Part shown: in pieces, positions 46,666 to 57,941 of the stretch
Layout of the letters: each line of letters begins with the position of its first letter
Position numbering within the stretch: the stretch's first letter is position 1
Assembly: GCA_024401515.1 (NCBI GenBank)
Contig: JAKSKY010000001.1
Coordinates: 1 to 58,239, forward strand
Direction: 5' to 3'
Origin: Paludibacteraceae bacterium
Lineage (GTDB): Bacteria; Bacteroidota; Bacteroidia; Bacteroidales; Paludibacteraceae
DNA: 58,239 nucleotides
Position numbers and translations under genes: made by a program
The notes under the pieces: model-generated
What the model was told of the DNA's origin: nothing
The model's database searches: none
The model's input: only the letters and a program-made list of their open reading frames with translations

Positions 46666-47307
46666 ATGGAGATCAAACGATTCATATTCAATCCATTCCA
46701 AGAGAACACTTACCTGCTCATCAATGAAAAGAGAGAGTGTATCATCATCGATCCAGGCGCCTTGTTCGATATGGAGAGAAAACATTTGGTTGAATACATC
46801 CAACAAAACGGATTAAAACTAACAAGGATTCTTCAAACGCATCTTCATCTTGACCATATTTTCGGATGCAAGAGACTTTTCGATGAATTCGGCGTTTCTC
46901 CCGAGGCGCATCAAGAGGACGAATTCCTATTGGAACGATTTCCCGATCAAATGAAGAGATTCGGATTTTCAAACGTGGAACCAACCGTTCCATTAAAGGG
47001 TTATCTTTCCGAAGGTGATATCATCCCCTTTGGCGAGACCCAATTGCAAGTTATCCACACACCAGGACATTCACCCGGTGGACTCTGCTTCTACGCACAA
47101 ACGGAAAGAGTTGTTTTCTGCGGAGATTCCCTCTTCCAATGCAGCATAGGCAGAACCGATTTGGAGGGAGGCAGTGAAGCGAAATTGCTCCATTCCATCA
47201 AGCATAAGATACTTACGCTTCCTGAATTCACAACTGTCTATTCAGGACATGGACCGGAAACCTCCATTGAGTTCGAGCGAAACCACAACCCCTATTTCCA
47301 TGAGTGA
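46666..47307 (+). CDS. MBL-fold metallo-hydrolase
   Basis: THLHLDH metal motif. 213 aa, glyoxalase-II-like. Confidence 0.85.
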   Translation: MEIKRFIFNPFQENTYLLINEKRECIIIDPGALFDMERKHLVEYIQQNGLKLTRILQTHLHLDHIFGCKRLFDEFGVSPEAHQEDEFLLERFPDQMKRFGFSNVEPTVPLKGYLSEGDIIPFGETQLQVIHTPGHSPGGLCFYAQTERVVFCGDSLFQCSIGRTDLEGGSEAKLLHSIKHKILTLPEFTTVYSGHGPETSIEFERNHNPYFHE

Positions 47308-48058
47308 AGTAATTCTTCAAACCCGCCATCTGGCCATTGGCTACCCGCTCAAAAAGAACAACGCTAAGAGGGTCCAAGAGTCACTCAATTTAGAGATGAG
47401 GGCAGGAGAAATGATTGCTCTCGTGGGTTCCAATGGTGCCGGCAAATCTACCCTATTACGATCGTTGTGCGGTCTACAAAAGTGTCTGGAAGGAGAAATC
47501 ATCATCCAGGGGAAAGAGATGCAATCATTGTCCCCATCGGCCAAAGCGAAAACCATCAGCGTCGTACTAACCCACCATGCTGACACTAACCTTTTAAGCG
47601 TAAAAGAGGTCGTTTCCATCGGAAGACAGCCCTATACCAATTGGATTGGAACCAATAGTGAGATGGACGATGAAATCATCCGTCAATCACTTTCCACCGT
47701 TCAAATCAGCCATCTCACCGAAAGAAGATTATCGGAATTATCGGACGGAGAGAAACAAAAGGTTTGGATAGCCATGGCATTGGCACAAAACACGCCAATC
47801 ATCCTATTGGACGAACCCACCTCTCATTTGGATTACAAAAACAAAACAGAGATTTTCAAACTACTGAAACAACTATCCCAAACAGGTAAATCCATTCTCA
47901 TTTCCACCCATGAAATCGACCTTTCCCTCCAATACGCCGACCAACTTTGGGTCATGGAGAAAGGGGTCCATCAAGGAACACCCCAAGAGATGGAACAAGC
48001 TGGTATCTTAGAGCGTGTGTTGGGCTACAGCCAAAATCCTAGCCATATCAGCCTTTAA
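47300..48058 (+). CDS. ABC transporter ATP-binding protein (FecE/BtuD-like), no adjacent permease
   Basis: The start at MSEVILQ overlaps the upstream stop by 8 nt. Walker A GSNGAGKST, signature LSDGEKQ, Walker B ILLDEP. Confidence 0.85.
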   Translation: MSEVILQTRHLAIGYPLKKNNAKRVQESLNLEMRAGEMIALVGSNGAGKSTLLRSLCGLQKCLEGEIIIQGKEMQSLSPSAKAKTISVVLTHHADTNLLSVKEVVSIGRQPYTNWIGTNSEMDDEIIRQSLSTVQISHLTERRLSELSDGEKQKVWIAMALAQNTPIILLDEPTSHLDYKNKTEIFKLLKQLSQTGKSILISTHEIDLSLQYADQLWVMEKGVHQGTPQEMEQAGILERVLGYSQNPSHISL

Positions 48059-48715
48059 CTCAGCCATGCTATGGTAAAGCAGGTCCGCACCATTATTCAA
48101 CAACTCCTCATCCCTTAAAATACCCGTATTCACCGCAATGGTAAAAATACCCGCAGCAACCGCGGAACGGACACCCAGCGGTGCGTTTTCAACAACAATC
48201 GCCTGATTCGCCTTCAATCCGCCCTTCTCAAGAGCCATCAAATAGGGTTCCGGGTCTGGCTTACCCTTTTTCACATCAAAGGCTGTCACCATACGCTCTT
48301 TCACAAAAACACCAGGAAAGGCATGGTTGAGTTTATCCAACAACGAAGCTTGTCCGGAACCAGTCACCAGAAAAATCTCCTTTTCTGCGGCCTGTATCGC
48401 AGCCAAAACCCCATCCACATCCTTCATCACTGTTGCGGCAGGCAAAGACTCAAAGTATTTAGATTTAAATTGATAGATGCGCTGACACTCCTCTTCTGTT
48501 GCCGTACGATTCAACTGAGCGCCAAAGACTTCGTTGATAGTGGAGGAACCAGTCATACCCTCTCTCATATAGACATCGTAATCGGTGAACTTCAAACCCA
48601 AAGAGACAAAAGCATGTACCCATGCCTTCGCATGGTTAGGCATTGAGTCAAACAACACACCATCCATATCAAACAAGAAGGCTCTTAAATCCAAATCCGC
48701 TAAATTCTTTCCCAT
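48008..48715 (-). CDS. HAD-IA family hydrolase (beta-phosphoglucomutase-like)
   Basis: FLFDMDGVLFDS motif I, TGS motif II, and K...EN/D motifs. Confidence 0.8.
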   Translation of the reverse strand: MGKNLADLDLRAFLFDMDGVLFDSMPNHAKAWVHAFVSLGLKFTDYDVYMREGMTGSSTINEVFGAQLNRTATEEECQRIYQFKSKYFESLPAATVMKDVDGVLAAIQAAEKEIFLVTGSGQASLLDKLNHAFPGVFVKERMVTAFDVKKGKPDPEPYLMALEKGGLKANQAIVVENAPLGVRSAVAAGIFTIAVNTGILRDEELLNNGADLLYHSMAELKADMARILAVAQHTL

Positions 48716-48724
48716 CGCATCTAT

Positions 48725-48763
48725 AAATAAAAAATGAAAGGAGGCGATCCATCAGACCGCCTC
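48725..48763 (-). terminator. Rho-independent terminator after the DUF3078 gene
   Basis: 7-bp GC-rich stem ggaggcg/cgcctcc. On the minus strand it is followed by TTTCATTTTTTATTT. Confidence 0.6.
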
Positions 48764-48780
48764 CCCTAACTGTTTATCAA

Positions 48781-49905
48781 TTAAAACTTGTATGATACAC
48801 CCAATGATGTAGTCTCCCAGAATTGAAGATCAGCCTTCTTCAAACCATAGTTAACACCATCAATTGCCTTTTGCTCAGCGTTATCATACTTGTGTTGCAT
48901 TCTGAAGGAAATGTTCAAATACTTTGAAACCTTCAACATCAACTCCATCTTCCACTTGATAGACCAACCGTGAACTGGCTTCTCGATAGACAAGTCATAA
49001 GCATCGGTAAATGCCTCTGGATTCAAAGCCGCGTTCTCAGGAGCCAAACCGTACCAATCAACATACTCGTCTCTATATTGGAAGACGTGTTTTCTATAAG
49101 CATAGAATCCCTCCAAAGTACTGAAGAAGTGCAAACTCTTTGTGATGTCGAAATCAGAACGCAAGATGATGTAAGCACCCAACTCAGCACGTGACTTCTT
49201 GTAAAGCGCATCTGTAAGAAGTGAACCATCCTCCGCATAAGTGGCAGCCTCTTTCAACTCCATGCTGTAACTAGGAGCCAATTCATTCACGCGGCAAACA
49301 GAGATACGGGCAGTCAATGGAGACACGAACATGCTGATGTACTTGTTAGGAACGAAGTCAGCACCCAAAGAAAGCTTAATAGAAGCTGGAGCGAAGAAAT
49401 CAGAGATTACAGTCGCTGTATCTGCATTCAAAGTCTCTGAGAACTCATAAGAGTAACCCTTGGTGAATTGAGACTCCAAACTAGCCAATGCTGAAGCATA
49501 CCAATATTTGCTCAACTTATAACCGAACTTAGAGCTAAGGATGAACTCATCCATATTCTTACGGATGTTCTCACCATTGAATGCGGTGGAGTACAAGAAA
49601 CCATATTTAGCGGAAAATGCGTTGTCCCACTTTGCTCTCTTCTTCTCGTAGTTAGCGTTCAAGTTCAAGAATGCGTCCAATGAAAGGCTAAGACCTTCGC
49701 CCTCGTTACAGTACTCGTTGAAATAGGCTTGGTTAGCGTTCAAACCCATCGAACCTGGATATTTCCAATAGATAGAATCCTTAGAAATCTCACCGCTGGA
49801 CTTTGTTGAAATGGAGGTAGCAGTCTCCACCAAATCCTTTTCATCCGCATATGCGGAAACAAATAACATAGACAAAAGGCCTAATGCGATACTTTTTTTC
49901 TTCAT
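48781..49905 (-). CDS. DUF3078-family outer-membrane protein
   Basis: Signal peptide. The pattern W..G..GLNANQAYF.. ..LNLNANYEKKRAKWDN..SAKYGF is typical of DUF3078. Ends in F. Confidence 0.65.
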   Translation of the reverse strand: MKKKSIALGLLSMLFVSAYADEKDLVETATSISTKSSGEISKDSIYWKYPGSMGLNANQAYFNEYCNEGEGLSLSLDAFLNLNANYEKKRAKWDNAFSAKYGFLYSTAFNGENIRKNMDEFILSSKFGYKLSKYWYASALASLESQFTKGYSYEFSETLNADTATVISDFFAPASIKLSLGADFVPNKYISMFVSPLTARISVCRVNELAPSYSMELKEAATYAEDGSLLTDALYKKSRAELGAYIILRSDFDITKSLHFFSTLEGFYAYRKHVFQYRDEYVDWYGLAPENAALNPEAFTDAYDLSIEKPVHGWSIKWKMELMLKVSKYLNISFRMQHKYDNAEQKAIDGVNYGLKKADLQFWETTSLGVSYKF

Positions 49906-49938
49906 AACACAATCAATTATTACATATTAAATTCTTTA

Positions 49939-51726
49939 CTAATCAAGCTTAAGCACCTCCAAGAATGCTTTTTGCGGTACCTCTACCGTACCGATTTGCT
50001 TCATACGTTTCTTTCCCTCTTTCTGCTTCTCAAGCAACTTACGTTTACGGGAAATATCACCACCATAACACTTAGCGGTCACATCCTTACGGACAGCCTT
50101 TACGGTTTCACGGGCGATCACCTTGGTTCCGATGGCCGCTTGGATCGCCACATCGAATTGTTGGCGAGGAATCAAATCCTTCAACTTCTCACACATACGC
50201 TTGCCCAATGTATAGGCGTTGTCGAAGTGGGTCAATGTAGATAGTGCATCCACAGGCTCACCGTTCAACAAGACATCCAACTTCACCAATTTAGACTCTC
50301 GCATACCATTCATATGGTAATCGAAAGAGGCGTATCCCTTCGAAATACTCTTCAATTTATCATAGAAATCGAAGACAATTTCGCCCAATGGCATGTTATA
50401 AACCAACTCTACACGATTTCCGGAAACATAGTCCTGACGAACCAATTCACCTCGTTTACCTAGGCAAAGGGTCATAATCGGACCGATGTAATCGGAGGCT
50501 GTGATGATAGAGGCACGGATATAGGGCTCTTCGATCTTTTCTATCAAAGTAGGATCAGGCAATCCCGAAGGGTTGTGCACCTCGATTTTCTCGCCCTTCT
50601 TGGTATATACGTCATACTCCACATTCGGAACGGTGGTGATGACATTCATATTGAACTCACGATCCAAACGCTCTTGGATAATCTCCATGTGCAACATGCC
50701 CAAGAATCCGCAACGGAAACCGAAGCCTAAGGCCAAGGAAGACTCCGCTTGGAAGGTCAAAGAGGCGTCGTTCAACTGCAACTTCTCAATGGAAGAACGC
50801 AAATCTTCAAAATCCTCCGTTTCTATCGGATAAACACCGGCGAAGACCATCGGCTTCACCTCTTGGAAACCCTCTATGGCCTTATCGCATTGACGAGCCA
50901 CTTGGGTAATGGTATCTCCCACTTTCACCTCCTTGGAAGTCTTGATACCGGAAATGATATAACCCACATTACCTGCGGATAGTTGCTTCTTAGGCTCCAT
51001 ATCCAAACGAAGGATTCCGATTTCATCGGCTAAATACTCCTTCTCAGTCGCCACAAACTTTACCAAATCACCGCTATTGATGGTACCATTCACAATCTTA
51101 AAGTATGCGATGATACCACGGAATGGATTAAATACAGAATCGAAAATCAAACATTGAAGCGGCGCGTTAGGGTCACCAACGGGTGGTTGGATCCGTTCTA
51201 CGATCGCCTCCAAAATCTTATCGACACCCTCACCCGTCTTTCCACTGGCTCGGATGATCTCTTCCCTATCACAACCCAACAAATCAACGATTTGATCCTC
51301 CACTTCATCTGGCATTGCACCAGGAAGGTCAATCTTATTCATCACGGGAATAATGGTCAAATCGTGTTCTAGAGCCATATAGAGGTTCGAAATAGTCTGC
51401 GCTTGGATACCCTGTGAGGCATCCACAATCAACAAAGCGCCTTCACATGCCGCGATGGAGCGTGAAACCTCGTATGAAAAATCCACGTGTCCCGGAGTAT
51501 CAATCAAGTTCAAGACATATTTCTCGCCCTTGTAATTGTAATCCATTTGGATGGCATGGCTCTTAATGGTGATTCCTCTTTCACGTTCCAAATCCATATC
51601 ATCCAAGACTTGCTCCTGCAAATCCTTACCAGTCACCGTCTTCGTCATTTCCAACAAACGGTCTGCCAATGTACTCTTACCATGATCGATGTGAGCGATG
51701 ATACAGAAATTACGGATATTCTTCAT
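49939..51726 (-). CDS. lepA: Translation elongation factor 4
   Basis: [19 protein letters not shown]1 motif. LepA-specific C-terminal domain. 595 aa. Confidence 0.95.
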   Translation of the reverse strand: MKNIRNFCIIAHIDHGKSTLADRLLEMTKTVTGKDLQEQVLDDMDLERERGITIKSHAIQMDYNYKGEKYVLNLIDTPGHVDFSYEVSRSIAACEGALLIVDASQGIQAQTISNLYMALEHDLTIIPVMNKIDLPGAMPDEVEDQIVDLLGCDREEIIRASGKTGEGVDKILEAIVERIQPPVGDPNAPLQCLIFDSVFNPFRGIIAYFKIVNGTINSGDLVKFVATEKEYLADEIGILRLDMEPKKQLSAGNVGYIISGIKTSKEVKVGDTITQVARQCDKAIEGFQEVKPMVFAGVYPIETEDFEDLRSSIEKLQLNDASLTFQAESSLALGFGFRCGFLGMLHMEIIQERLDREFNMNVITTVPNVEYDVYTKKGEKIEVHNPSGLPDPTLIEKIEEPYIRASIITASDYIGPIMTLCLGKRGELVRQDYVSGNRVELVYNMPLGEIVFDFYDKLKSISKGYASFDYHMNGMRESKLVKLDVLLNGEPVDALSTLTHFDNAYTLGKRMCEKLKDLIPRQQFDVAIQAAIGTKVIARETVKAVRKDVTAKCYGGDISRKRKLLEKQKEGKKRMKQIGTVEVPQKAFLEVLKLD

Positions 51727-51974
51727 TATTTCTAAAAATTCTATATTTCTAATTTACTCAATGTCGGAGTGTCGCAACTTAGGATTTTCACGATGGAAAC
51801 ATCTTATTTACAACCCATTTGATTGACAGAAGAACAACTTTCAATCCCCTTTTTTCAATCAAATTTTTCCGAGTACAAAATTAGCAAAAAAGTGTTAAAC
51901 GCAAAATAGGTCACAAAACATAGGCGAAAAAAACATATTAGAATTCATTTTTTGACAACAACAAGAGATTTCAC

Positions 51975-52006
51975 AAAAAAAAGCCCGGAAAAAAACTTCC
52001 CGGGCT
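51975..52006 (-). terminator. Rho-independent terminator after rho
   Basis: Stem agcccgg/ccgggct. On the minus strand it is followed by a T8 run. Confidence 0.6.
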
Positions 52007-52028
52007 TTGTCATATACAATATAAACTA

Positions 52029-53828
52029 TCAATCATTCATAGACGCCAAGAACTCTTCGTTGGAACTTGTCTTCTCCAAACGGTCCTTCAAGAACTCCAT
52101 TGCCTCCACAGGGGTCATATCAGACAAGTAACGACGCAAGATCCACATACGTTGGATAGTCTCCTTATTGTGAAGCAAATCATCACGACGCGTACTGGAA
52201 GCCATGATATCCACAGCAGGATAGATTCGTTTATTAGCCAATTGACGAGAAAGTTGCAACTCCATATTACCAGTTCCCTTAAACTCCTCGAAGATGACAT
52301 CGTCCATCTTAGAACCCGTGTCGGTCAACGCTGTAGCGATAATAGTCAAGCTTCCGCCGTTTTCAATATTACGCGCAGCTCCAAAGAAACGTTTAGGCTT
52401 ATGAAGCGCATTGGCGTCCACACCACCGGAAAGCACCTTACCGGATGCAGGAGAAACTGTATTGTAGGCACGGGCCAAACGAGTGATGGAATCCAACAAA
52501 ATCACCACATCATGTCCACACTCCACCATTCTCTTCGCCTTCTCCAAAACAATGCTTGCGATCTTCACGTGACGCTCAGCTGGTTCATCGAACGTAGAAG
52601 AAATCACCTCCGCATTCACGCTACGAGCCATATCAGTCACCTCCTCAGGACGCTCATCAATCAATAGGATAATCATATATACCTCCGGGTGATTCTCGGC
52701 AATCGCATTAGCGATATCCTTCAACAAAACGGTTTTACCAGTCTTAGGTTGCGCTACGATCAAACCACGTTGACCCTTACCGATTGGAGAGAAAAGATCC
52801 ACAGTACGGACAGACAAATTGCAAGTGGTACGACCACCCGTCAAATTGAACTTTTCATCTGGGAACAAAGGCGTCAAATGGTCAAATGGCACACGATCCC
52901 TAACAAATTCAGGAGAACGCGCGTTGATTTTGTCGATACCCATCAAAGGGAAATACTTCTCTCCCTCTTTAGGCGGACGGATAGAACCTTCGATAACATC
53001 ACCCGTCTTCAAACCATACATCTTGATTTGAGACTGAGAAACATAAATATCGTCTGGAGAATTCAAATAGTTGTAATCGGAAGAACGGATAAATCCGAAT
53101 CCATCAGGCATGATCTCCAAAACACCTTGTCCCTTGATAATATTATCAAAATCATAAGAACGAGGTTTCACCACAGGCGCCTCAGGCTCTGGCGCGACGT
53201 TTTGTGCGTTGTTATTATTTTGTTGCTTAAAAGATGGATGGTTATTATTGGTTTGAGCTTGCTTAGGCTCCTCCTTTTCCTGCACCTCCATCTCATTGTT
53301 TTGCATCTGATTTTGTTGGGAAACAGCCTCTGTCGCGGAGAGAACCTCCTCGATTGGCGGCGTCTTTATACCCTTCTTCTTATCCAATATTAATCTTGCG
53401 ATAGCAGCAGCCTTGTTTCCTGACGCAATAGCGTCAAAACCGCCACGTGGGCGCATATGAACAGGCTTGTTATCTTGTCTACGATCTTGGTTACCTTGAT
53501 AATCCGCACGTTGACCATTGTCATAAGAGTTAGGTTCACCGTATGAATTCTCATTTCCTGCAGATTGCTCACTATTTTCATTTTCGAAAGTAGCATTGCT
53601 AACGCCTTCTTCAGGAACATCTTCTATTTCAGAAGAAAATGAATCGTTATTTTGTGAAGACAGAATAGCATCATCAAAGTTACCCTCATTTTGTTGAGCC
53701 GCCAATTCATCCACAATCGCGCCGATGAGTTCATCCTTACGGAATGACTCAACACGTTTAATTCCTAGACTTTTCGCAATGGCTCTTAGTTCCGGAAGGT
53801 TCTTACCTTTCAACTCAATTACATTCAT
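52029..53828 (-). CDS. rho: Transcription termination factor Rho with a long N-terminal low-complexity insertion
   Basis: Rho N-terminal helix bundle, then ~190 aa rich in N/Q/E/S, then the CSD-like RNA-binding domain. ATPase motifs include [12 protein letters not shown] (Walker A). Confidence 0.95.
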   Translation of the reverse strand: MNVIELKGKNLPELRAIAKSLGIKRVESFRKDELIGAIVDELAAQQNEGNFDDAILSSQNNDSFSSEIEDVPEEGVSNATFENENSEQSAGNENSYGEPNSYDNGQRADYQGNQDRRQDNKPVHMRPRGGFDAIASGNKAAAIARLILDKKKGIKTPPIEEVLSATEAVSQQNQMQNNEMEVQEKEEPKQAQTNNNHPSFKQQNNNNAQNVAPEPEAPVVKPRSYDFDNIIKGQGVLEIMPDGFGFIRSSDYNYLNSPDDIYVSQSQIKMYGLKTGDVIEGSIRPPKEGEKYFPLMGIDKINARSPEFVRDRVPFDHLTPLFPDEKFNLTGGRTTCNLSVRTVDLFSPIGKGQRGLIVAQPKTGKTVLLKDIANAIAENHPEVYMIILLIDERPEEVTDMARSVNAEVISSTFDEPAERHVKIASIVLEKAKRMVECGHDVVILLDSITRLARAYNTVSPASGKVLSGGVDANALHKPKRFFGAARNIENGGSLTIIATALTDTGSKMDDVIFEEFKGTGNMELQLSRQLANKRIYPAVDIMASSTRRDDLLHNKETIQRMWILRRYLSDMTPVEAMEFLKDRLEKTSSNEEFLASMND

Positions 53829-54096
53829 ATTATCGCAAAAAACTAAATATCATTTTAAATAATGCGTGAACGATAACGCATAAACATTCAATCAAAATAA
53901 AGAATTCGATTTCTTAAAACAACGAAAAAACAGAATTCGTATTATCACATTCCCAAGCGTACCATCATCTCTGGGGTAAATAAACTAAAGAAAAAAAGGA
54001 TTGCTGAAACAAAAATTCTTGAATCTGGTTTTTCCAAGTCAACATTCACCTAAATGTGACATTCAAAATAGATTGTGAAAATTGATTTTTCAAACT

Positions 54097-54172
54097 TGGA
54101 GCGGAAAACGGGGTTCGAACCCGCGACCCTCAGCTTGGAAGGCTGATGCTCTACCAACTGAGCTACTTCCGC
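54097..54172 (-). tRNA. tRNA-Gly (anticodon UCC)
   Basis: Hand-folded cloverleaf GCGGAAG...CUUCCAA loop...GGUUCGAACCC...UUUCCGC-U-CCA. The CCA end is encoded. Confidence 0.85.
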
Positions 54173-54187
54173 AAATTGTTATTGGTG

Positions 54188-54269
54188 TGGGCGTGGGTGG
54201 ACTCGAACCACCGAAGACCGAAGTCGAGAGATTTACAGTCTCTTGCCATTGCCGCTAGGCGACACGCCC
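54188..54269 (-). tRNA. tRNA-Tyr (anticodon GUA), type II with long variable arm
   Basis: Acceptor GGGCGUG/CACGCCC, anticodon loop CUGUAAA, variable arm GAC-UUCG-GUC, T-loop GGUGG-UUCGAGU-CCACC. CCA is not directly encoded. Ends are uncertain by a few nt. Confidence 0.8.
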
Positions 54270-54322
54270 CCGTTTTGAAATCGAGTGCAAAGATAGAACT
54301 ATTTTTCTATCTCGCAAAAGAT

Positions 54323-54808
54323 TTACAAATATTTTTTCTTAAAATCTACCATTTTTATAGCAGTAACCGCAGCTTCAGTGCCTTTGTTACCCAAACAACC
54401 ACCTGCACGGTCTTCAGCCTGCTTCATATCATCGGTAGTAAGAAGTCCGAAGATAAAAGGAACATCATATTCGGCATTCAATTTCGCCAAACCATATGTG
54501 GTACCTTGACAAACATAATCAAAGTGAGGAGTACCTCCCCTTACAACGCATCCCAACGCAATAACGGCATCCACATCTTGCGCATCCGCCAATTGTTGAG
54601 AGCCAAAGATCAACTCAAAGCTACCTGGCACATGAGCCACAATGATATTCTTCTCTTTAGCGCCATGTTTCTTCAACGTCTCATAAGCGCCTTCCAACAA
54701 CTTAAAAGTAATATCGTGGTTCCAATCAGAAACCACGATACCAAATTTCATATTTGCCGCACTAGGTACGGAATTTATGTCGTACTCAGACAAATTCTTT
54801 GTTGCCAT
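54323..54808 (-). CDS. ribH: 6,7-dimethyl-8-ribityllumazine synthase
   Basis: 161 aa. [20 protein letters not shown] and the C-terminal region are typical of RibH. Confidence 0.9.
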   Translation of the reverse strand: MATKNLSEYDINSVPSAANMKFGIVVSDWNHDITFKLLEGAYETLKKHGAKEKNIIVAHVPGSFELIFGSQQLADAQDVDAVIALGCVVRGGTPHFDYVCQGTTYGLAKLNAEYDVPFIFGLLTTDDMKQAEDRAGGCLGNKGTEAAVTAIKMVDFKKKYL

Positions 54809-55506
54809 TATTTAGCAGCTTTAGCAATTTCAAGGAACTTCACCACCTCAGCCATCTGAAGTTGGTGAATATTAGGATATTCACGAACAATTTGCTCCAA
54901 CAACTTAACAGCCTCCGCATTTTTGCCCAATTGCATTTGGCACATTGCGGCACGCTTCAAATACATTGGAGACAAGACATCGTTATCAGCGCTCTTCGCA
55001 GCATCCAAATATGCCTTGCAAGCCTTCTCTGTCTCTTCCATGTCCCAATAGCAATCCGCAACAGCACCCTTCAAAGCAGGAGCTACCATATCATCGCTAC
55101 CAGAGAACTTGTTCAAATAATCCTTAGCATTGTCGTATTCGCCCAATTGCTTGTAGCAAATACCCGCATACGCCTTCGCCAAATTACCACTCTTGGTGGA
55201 ACCATAGTTATCGATGATTTCAAGGAATCCAGAGAAATCATCCTCCTTACCTTCCAATGCCACTTTGAAAGAATCTTTAGCAAACGCTTGCTCAGCCTTA
55301 AAAATCTCTCTTGCAGCCTCACTCTCCTTTGGTTGCCATACGAAGTGATCCAACAAAAAATAAAAAACGACAGCGGCGATGATAGCAACAAAACCAATCA
55401 ACAATTGCTTTTGATGGCTCTCAACAAAGCTCTCCGCATTATTCATCGTACTCTCGATCTTCTCGAACCCGTCTACTACAGGCTCCATCTCTTTTTTATC
55501 TGCCAT
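54808..55506 (-). CDS. TPR-repeat membrane-anchored protein
   Basis: One N-terminal TM helix followed by TPR-like helices. Conserved upstream neighbour of ribH in Bacteroidales. Confidence 0.6.
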   Translation of the reverse strand: MADKKEMEPVVDGFEKIESTMNNAESFVESHQKQLLIGFVAIIAAVVFYFLLDHFVWQPKESEAAREIFKAEQAFAKDSFKVALEGKEDDFSGFLEIIDNYGSTKSGNLAKAYAGICYKQLGEYDNAKDYLNKFSGSDDMVAPALKGAVADCYWDMEETEKACKAYLDAAKSADNDVLSPMYLKRAAMCQMQLGKNAEAVKLLEQIVREYPNIHQLQMAEVVKFLEIAKAAK

Positions 55507-55577
55507 TTTATTTAAATATTATTATTTTTTTCTTTTAAGCGCACAAATTTAGTGTATTTCTACCAACCCCCCAAATT

Positions 55578-56168
55578 TTACCGCAACTTTTCCTTCACTT
55601 CCTTAGAAACATCATGCCAGATCTGAATCGGCAAAAAGAATCTCACATCCTTATCATCCAAAATGGAATTACGGATAAAAGTAGAGGAAACTTCTACCCG
55701 TGGCGCATTTTCCAACAAAGTCATTCGACTACGCCACTCGGTCGGTATTTCCGTAGGGCCATCCAATCGAGGATAGACCAAAATAGGATAATTAGCCATG
55801 ATCCACTCATACCTACGCCATCCACTGAAAGCCACCAAATTGTCTCCTCCCATCACCAACAGGAATTCCACGTCAGGCTCAAGGGCGGACAATCGCTCCA
55901 AGGTATCGCTTGTATAAGAGGGTTTAGGCATTGAAAGCTCAATATCAGTCACACTAAACTTTGGATAATCGCCAATGGCTCGTCTCACCCACTCCACTCT
56001 CAAGGTATCGTCCATCAAACTTTTATTCTGTTTAAATGGATTTTGCGGAGAAACGACAAAACGCACCTCATCCACACCGCCATACTCAGCGATATGGTTC
56101 GCCAAGGCAAGATGGCCGATATGGATAGGATTAAACGATCCGAAGAAAAGCGCTACTCTCTTTTTCAT
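55578..56168 (-). CDS. nadD: Nicotinate-nucleotide adenylyltransferase
   Basis: GSFNPIHIGH motif and SSTFIR motif. Confidence 0.9.
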   Translation of the reverse strand: MKKRVALFFGSFNPIHIGHLALANHIAEYGGVDEVRFVVSPQNPFKQNKSLMDDTLRVEWVRRAIGDYPKFSVTDIELSMPKPSYTSDTLERLSALEPDVEFLLVMGGDNLVAFSGWRRYEWIMANYPILVYPRLDGPTEIPTEWRSRMTLLENAPRVEVSSTFIRNSILDDKDVRFFLPIQIWHDVSKEVKEKLR

Positions 56169-56728
56169 GCCTCAATAAAATCCTTTACCACTTGGTAAAT
56201 ATCCGCTTTCGCTTGTTCCAAGTCATCGTTCACAACGACCTTATCATATTTATCTGAAAACGTCATCTCGTAAGCGGCCTTTTGCACACGGTCATTGATC
56301 ACCTCCATGCTATCCGTACCACGACCGATCAATCTAGCTTTCAAAGCTTCCACGGAAGGGGGCATGATAAAGACAGACATCGCATTCTCGCCAAACATCT
56401 TCTTCATATTGCATCCACCAGCCACGTCAACATCCAAAACTACGATATTTCCCTTGCCGTTGATACGTTCAACCTCGCTTTTCAAGGTGCCATAGTACTT
56501 ATTCGTATAGACCTCTTCCCACTCTAAGAATGCGCCTTCCGCAATTTTTGCGCGGAACTCGTCAGGCGTCAAGAAGTAATACTCGACACCATTCTTCTCC
56601 TCTCCGCGTGGATTGCGGCTAGTAGCGGAGATTGAAAACTCCAAGCAGTCGAAACGGGTCATCAAGTAATTGATCAAGGTTGATTTGCCCGATCCGGAAG
56701 GAGCTGAAAAAATGATTACCTTTTCCAT
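56165..56728 (-). CDS. gmk: Guanylate kinase
   Basis: SAPSGSGKST P-loop. TSRNPRGEE.GVEYYF motif. Confidence 0.95.
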   Translation of the reverse strand: MEKVIIFSAPSGSGKSTLINYLMTRFDCLEFSISATSRNPRGEEKNGVEYYFLTPDEFRAKIAEGAFLEWEEVYTNKYYGTLKSEVERINGKGNIVVLDVDVAGGCNMKKMFGENAMSVFIMPPSVEALKARLIGRGTDSMEVINDRVQKAAYEMTFSDKYDKVVVNDDLEQAKADIYQVVKDFIEA

Positions 56729-56740
56729 AGCACACTCCTA

Positions 56741-57613
56741 TTATAGAACATTCAAAACCTGTTCCTTGATTTGCTCTAACTCATCCTTCATCTTCACAAC
56801 GATTTTTTGCATCTCGCTATGATTAGACTTTGAGCCCAAAGTATTGATCTCTCTACCTATTTCCTGTGCGATGAAGCCAAGCTTCTTTCCACAGCTTCCC
56901 TCAACATCCATGGTCTCCTCAAAATACTTCAAGTGTTGCGCCAAACGGTTCTTCTCCTCATTGACATCCAACTTCTCAATGTAGTAAATGAGTTCTTGCT
57001 CAAATCTGTTCTTATCGAAATTGACATCCTCCAACGAAGAAAGATTATCCATAATGCGAGACTTCACCTTCTCGATACGCTCCTTCTCATAAGGATCTAT
57101 CTCCACTAGAAGCGCACGGATATTCGCGATCTTCTCTTCGAAAACACGACGTAATGAGGCCCCCTCCTTCACACGGAAATCCACCAATGCGTCAACTGCT
57201 TGCTTGAATGCGCCATAAACTTGTCCCCACTCCAACTCATCCAACTCCTGGGATTCGTTTTTGGTCGCCTCCGGCAATCTTAGTAAGATAGAGAACCAAT
57301 CGGTAGGCAATGGAATATTTAGGTTCTTTGAAATCTCTGTGATTTGTTTGCAGTATGTCTGAATGACAGGCTCATTCAACTGCAAATTTGTCTCTGTTCC
57401 AATATTTTCCACAAAAAGGCAAAAATCCACCTTTCCGCGCTCAAGACGTTGGCTAACTAGATTACGAAGTTCCAAGTCCTTTTCACGGTACATACTAGGC
57501 ACACGAGATGACAAATCTAATTGTTTACTGTTCAGTGATTTAATCTCAATTGTAATTTTCTTGGTTCCAACGGTGCAAGTTGACTTGCCGAACCCTGTCA
57601 TTGATATTACCAT
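56741..57613 (-). CDS. YicC/YloC-family endoribonuclease
   Basis: SMTGFG N-terminus and C-terminal DUF1732 region (IAQEIGREINTLGSKS). Confidence 0.85.
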   Translation of the reverse strand: MVISMTGFGKSTCTVGTKKITIEIKSLNSKQLDLSSRVPSMYREKDLELRNLVSQRLERGKVDFCLFVENIGTETNLQLNEPVIQTYCKQITEISKNLNIPLPTDWFSILLRLPEATKNESQELDELEWGQVYGAFKQAVDALVDFRVKEGASLRRVFEEKIANIRALLVEIDPYEKERIEKVKSRIMDNLSSLEDVNFDKNRFEQELIYYIEKLDVNEEKNRLAQHLKYFEETMDVEGSCGKKLGFIAQEIGREINTLGSKSNHSEMQKIVVKMKDELEQIKEQVLNVL

Positions 57614-57668
57614 AATTTATTCTTTAGTTGAAAATTAACGTTACAAATATATCGATTATTCAGAATCT

Positions 57669-57850
57669 ATGGCCAATATTCTCCATATCTTTTTAACAAC
57701 ATCAAAATTTGACGTAGATATCTACGAATAATTAGCTTTGCAAAAAATCATCCCGATCGACACGCAGGCGAGAACGAAGAACGCATTGAATTCTACACCG
57801 AGAAATTCAAGCATGTTAACGAAGCGTATGAAGTATTAAGCAAATCATAA
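57669..57850 (+). pseudogene. Frameshifted mini J-domain gene
   Basis: The frame from ATG 57669 (MANILHIFLTTSKFDVDIYE*) stops at 57731. An overlapping frame, open from 57713, reads ..SFAKNHPDRHAGENEERIEFYTEKFKHVNEAYEVLSKS*, with the HPD motif and helix III, but has no start codon. Confidence 0.4.
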
Positions 57851-57941
57851 AGTTTTTAGGACACCACTTTCATTAATTTTATAAAAGATATAACTTTGCA
57901 TAGACTTTCACAGCAATCATCCTGTGAGATAAAATAGAGTA

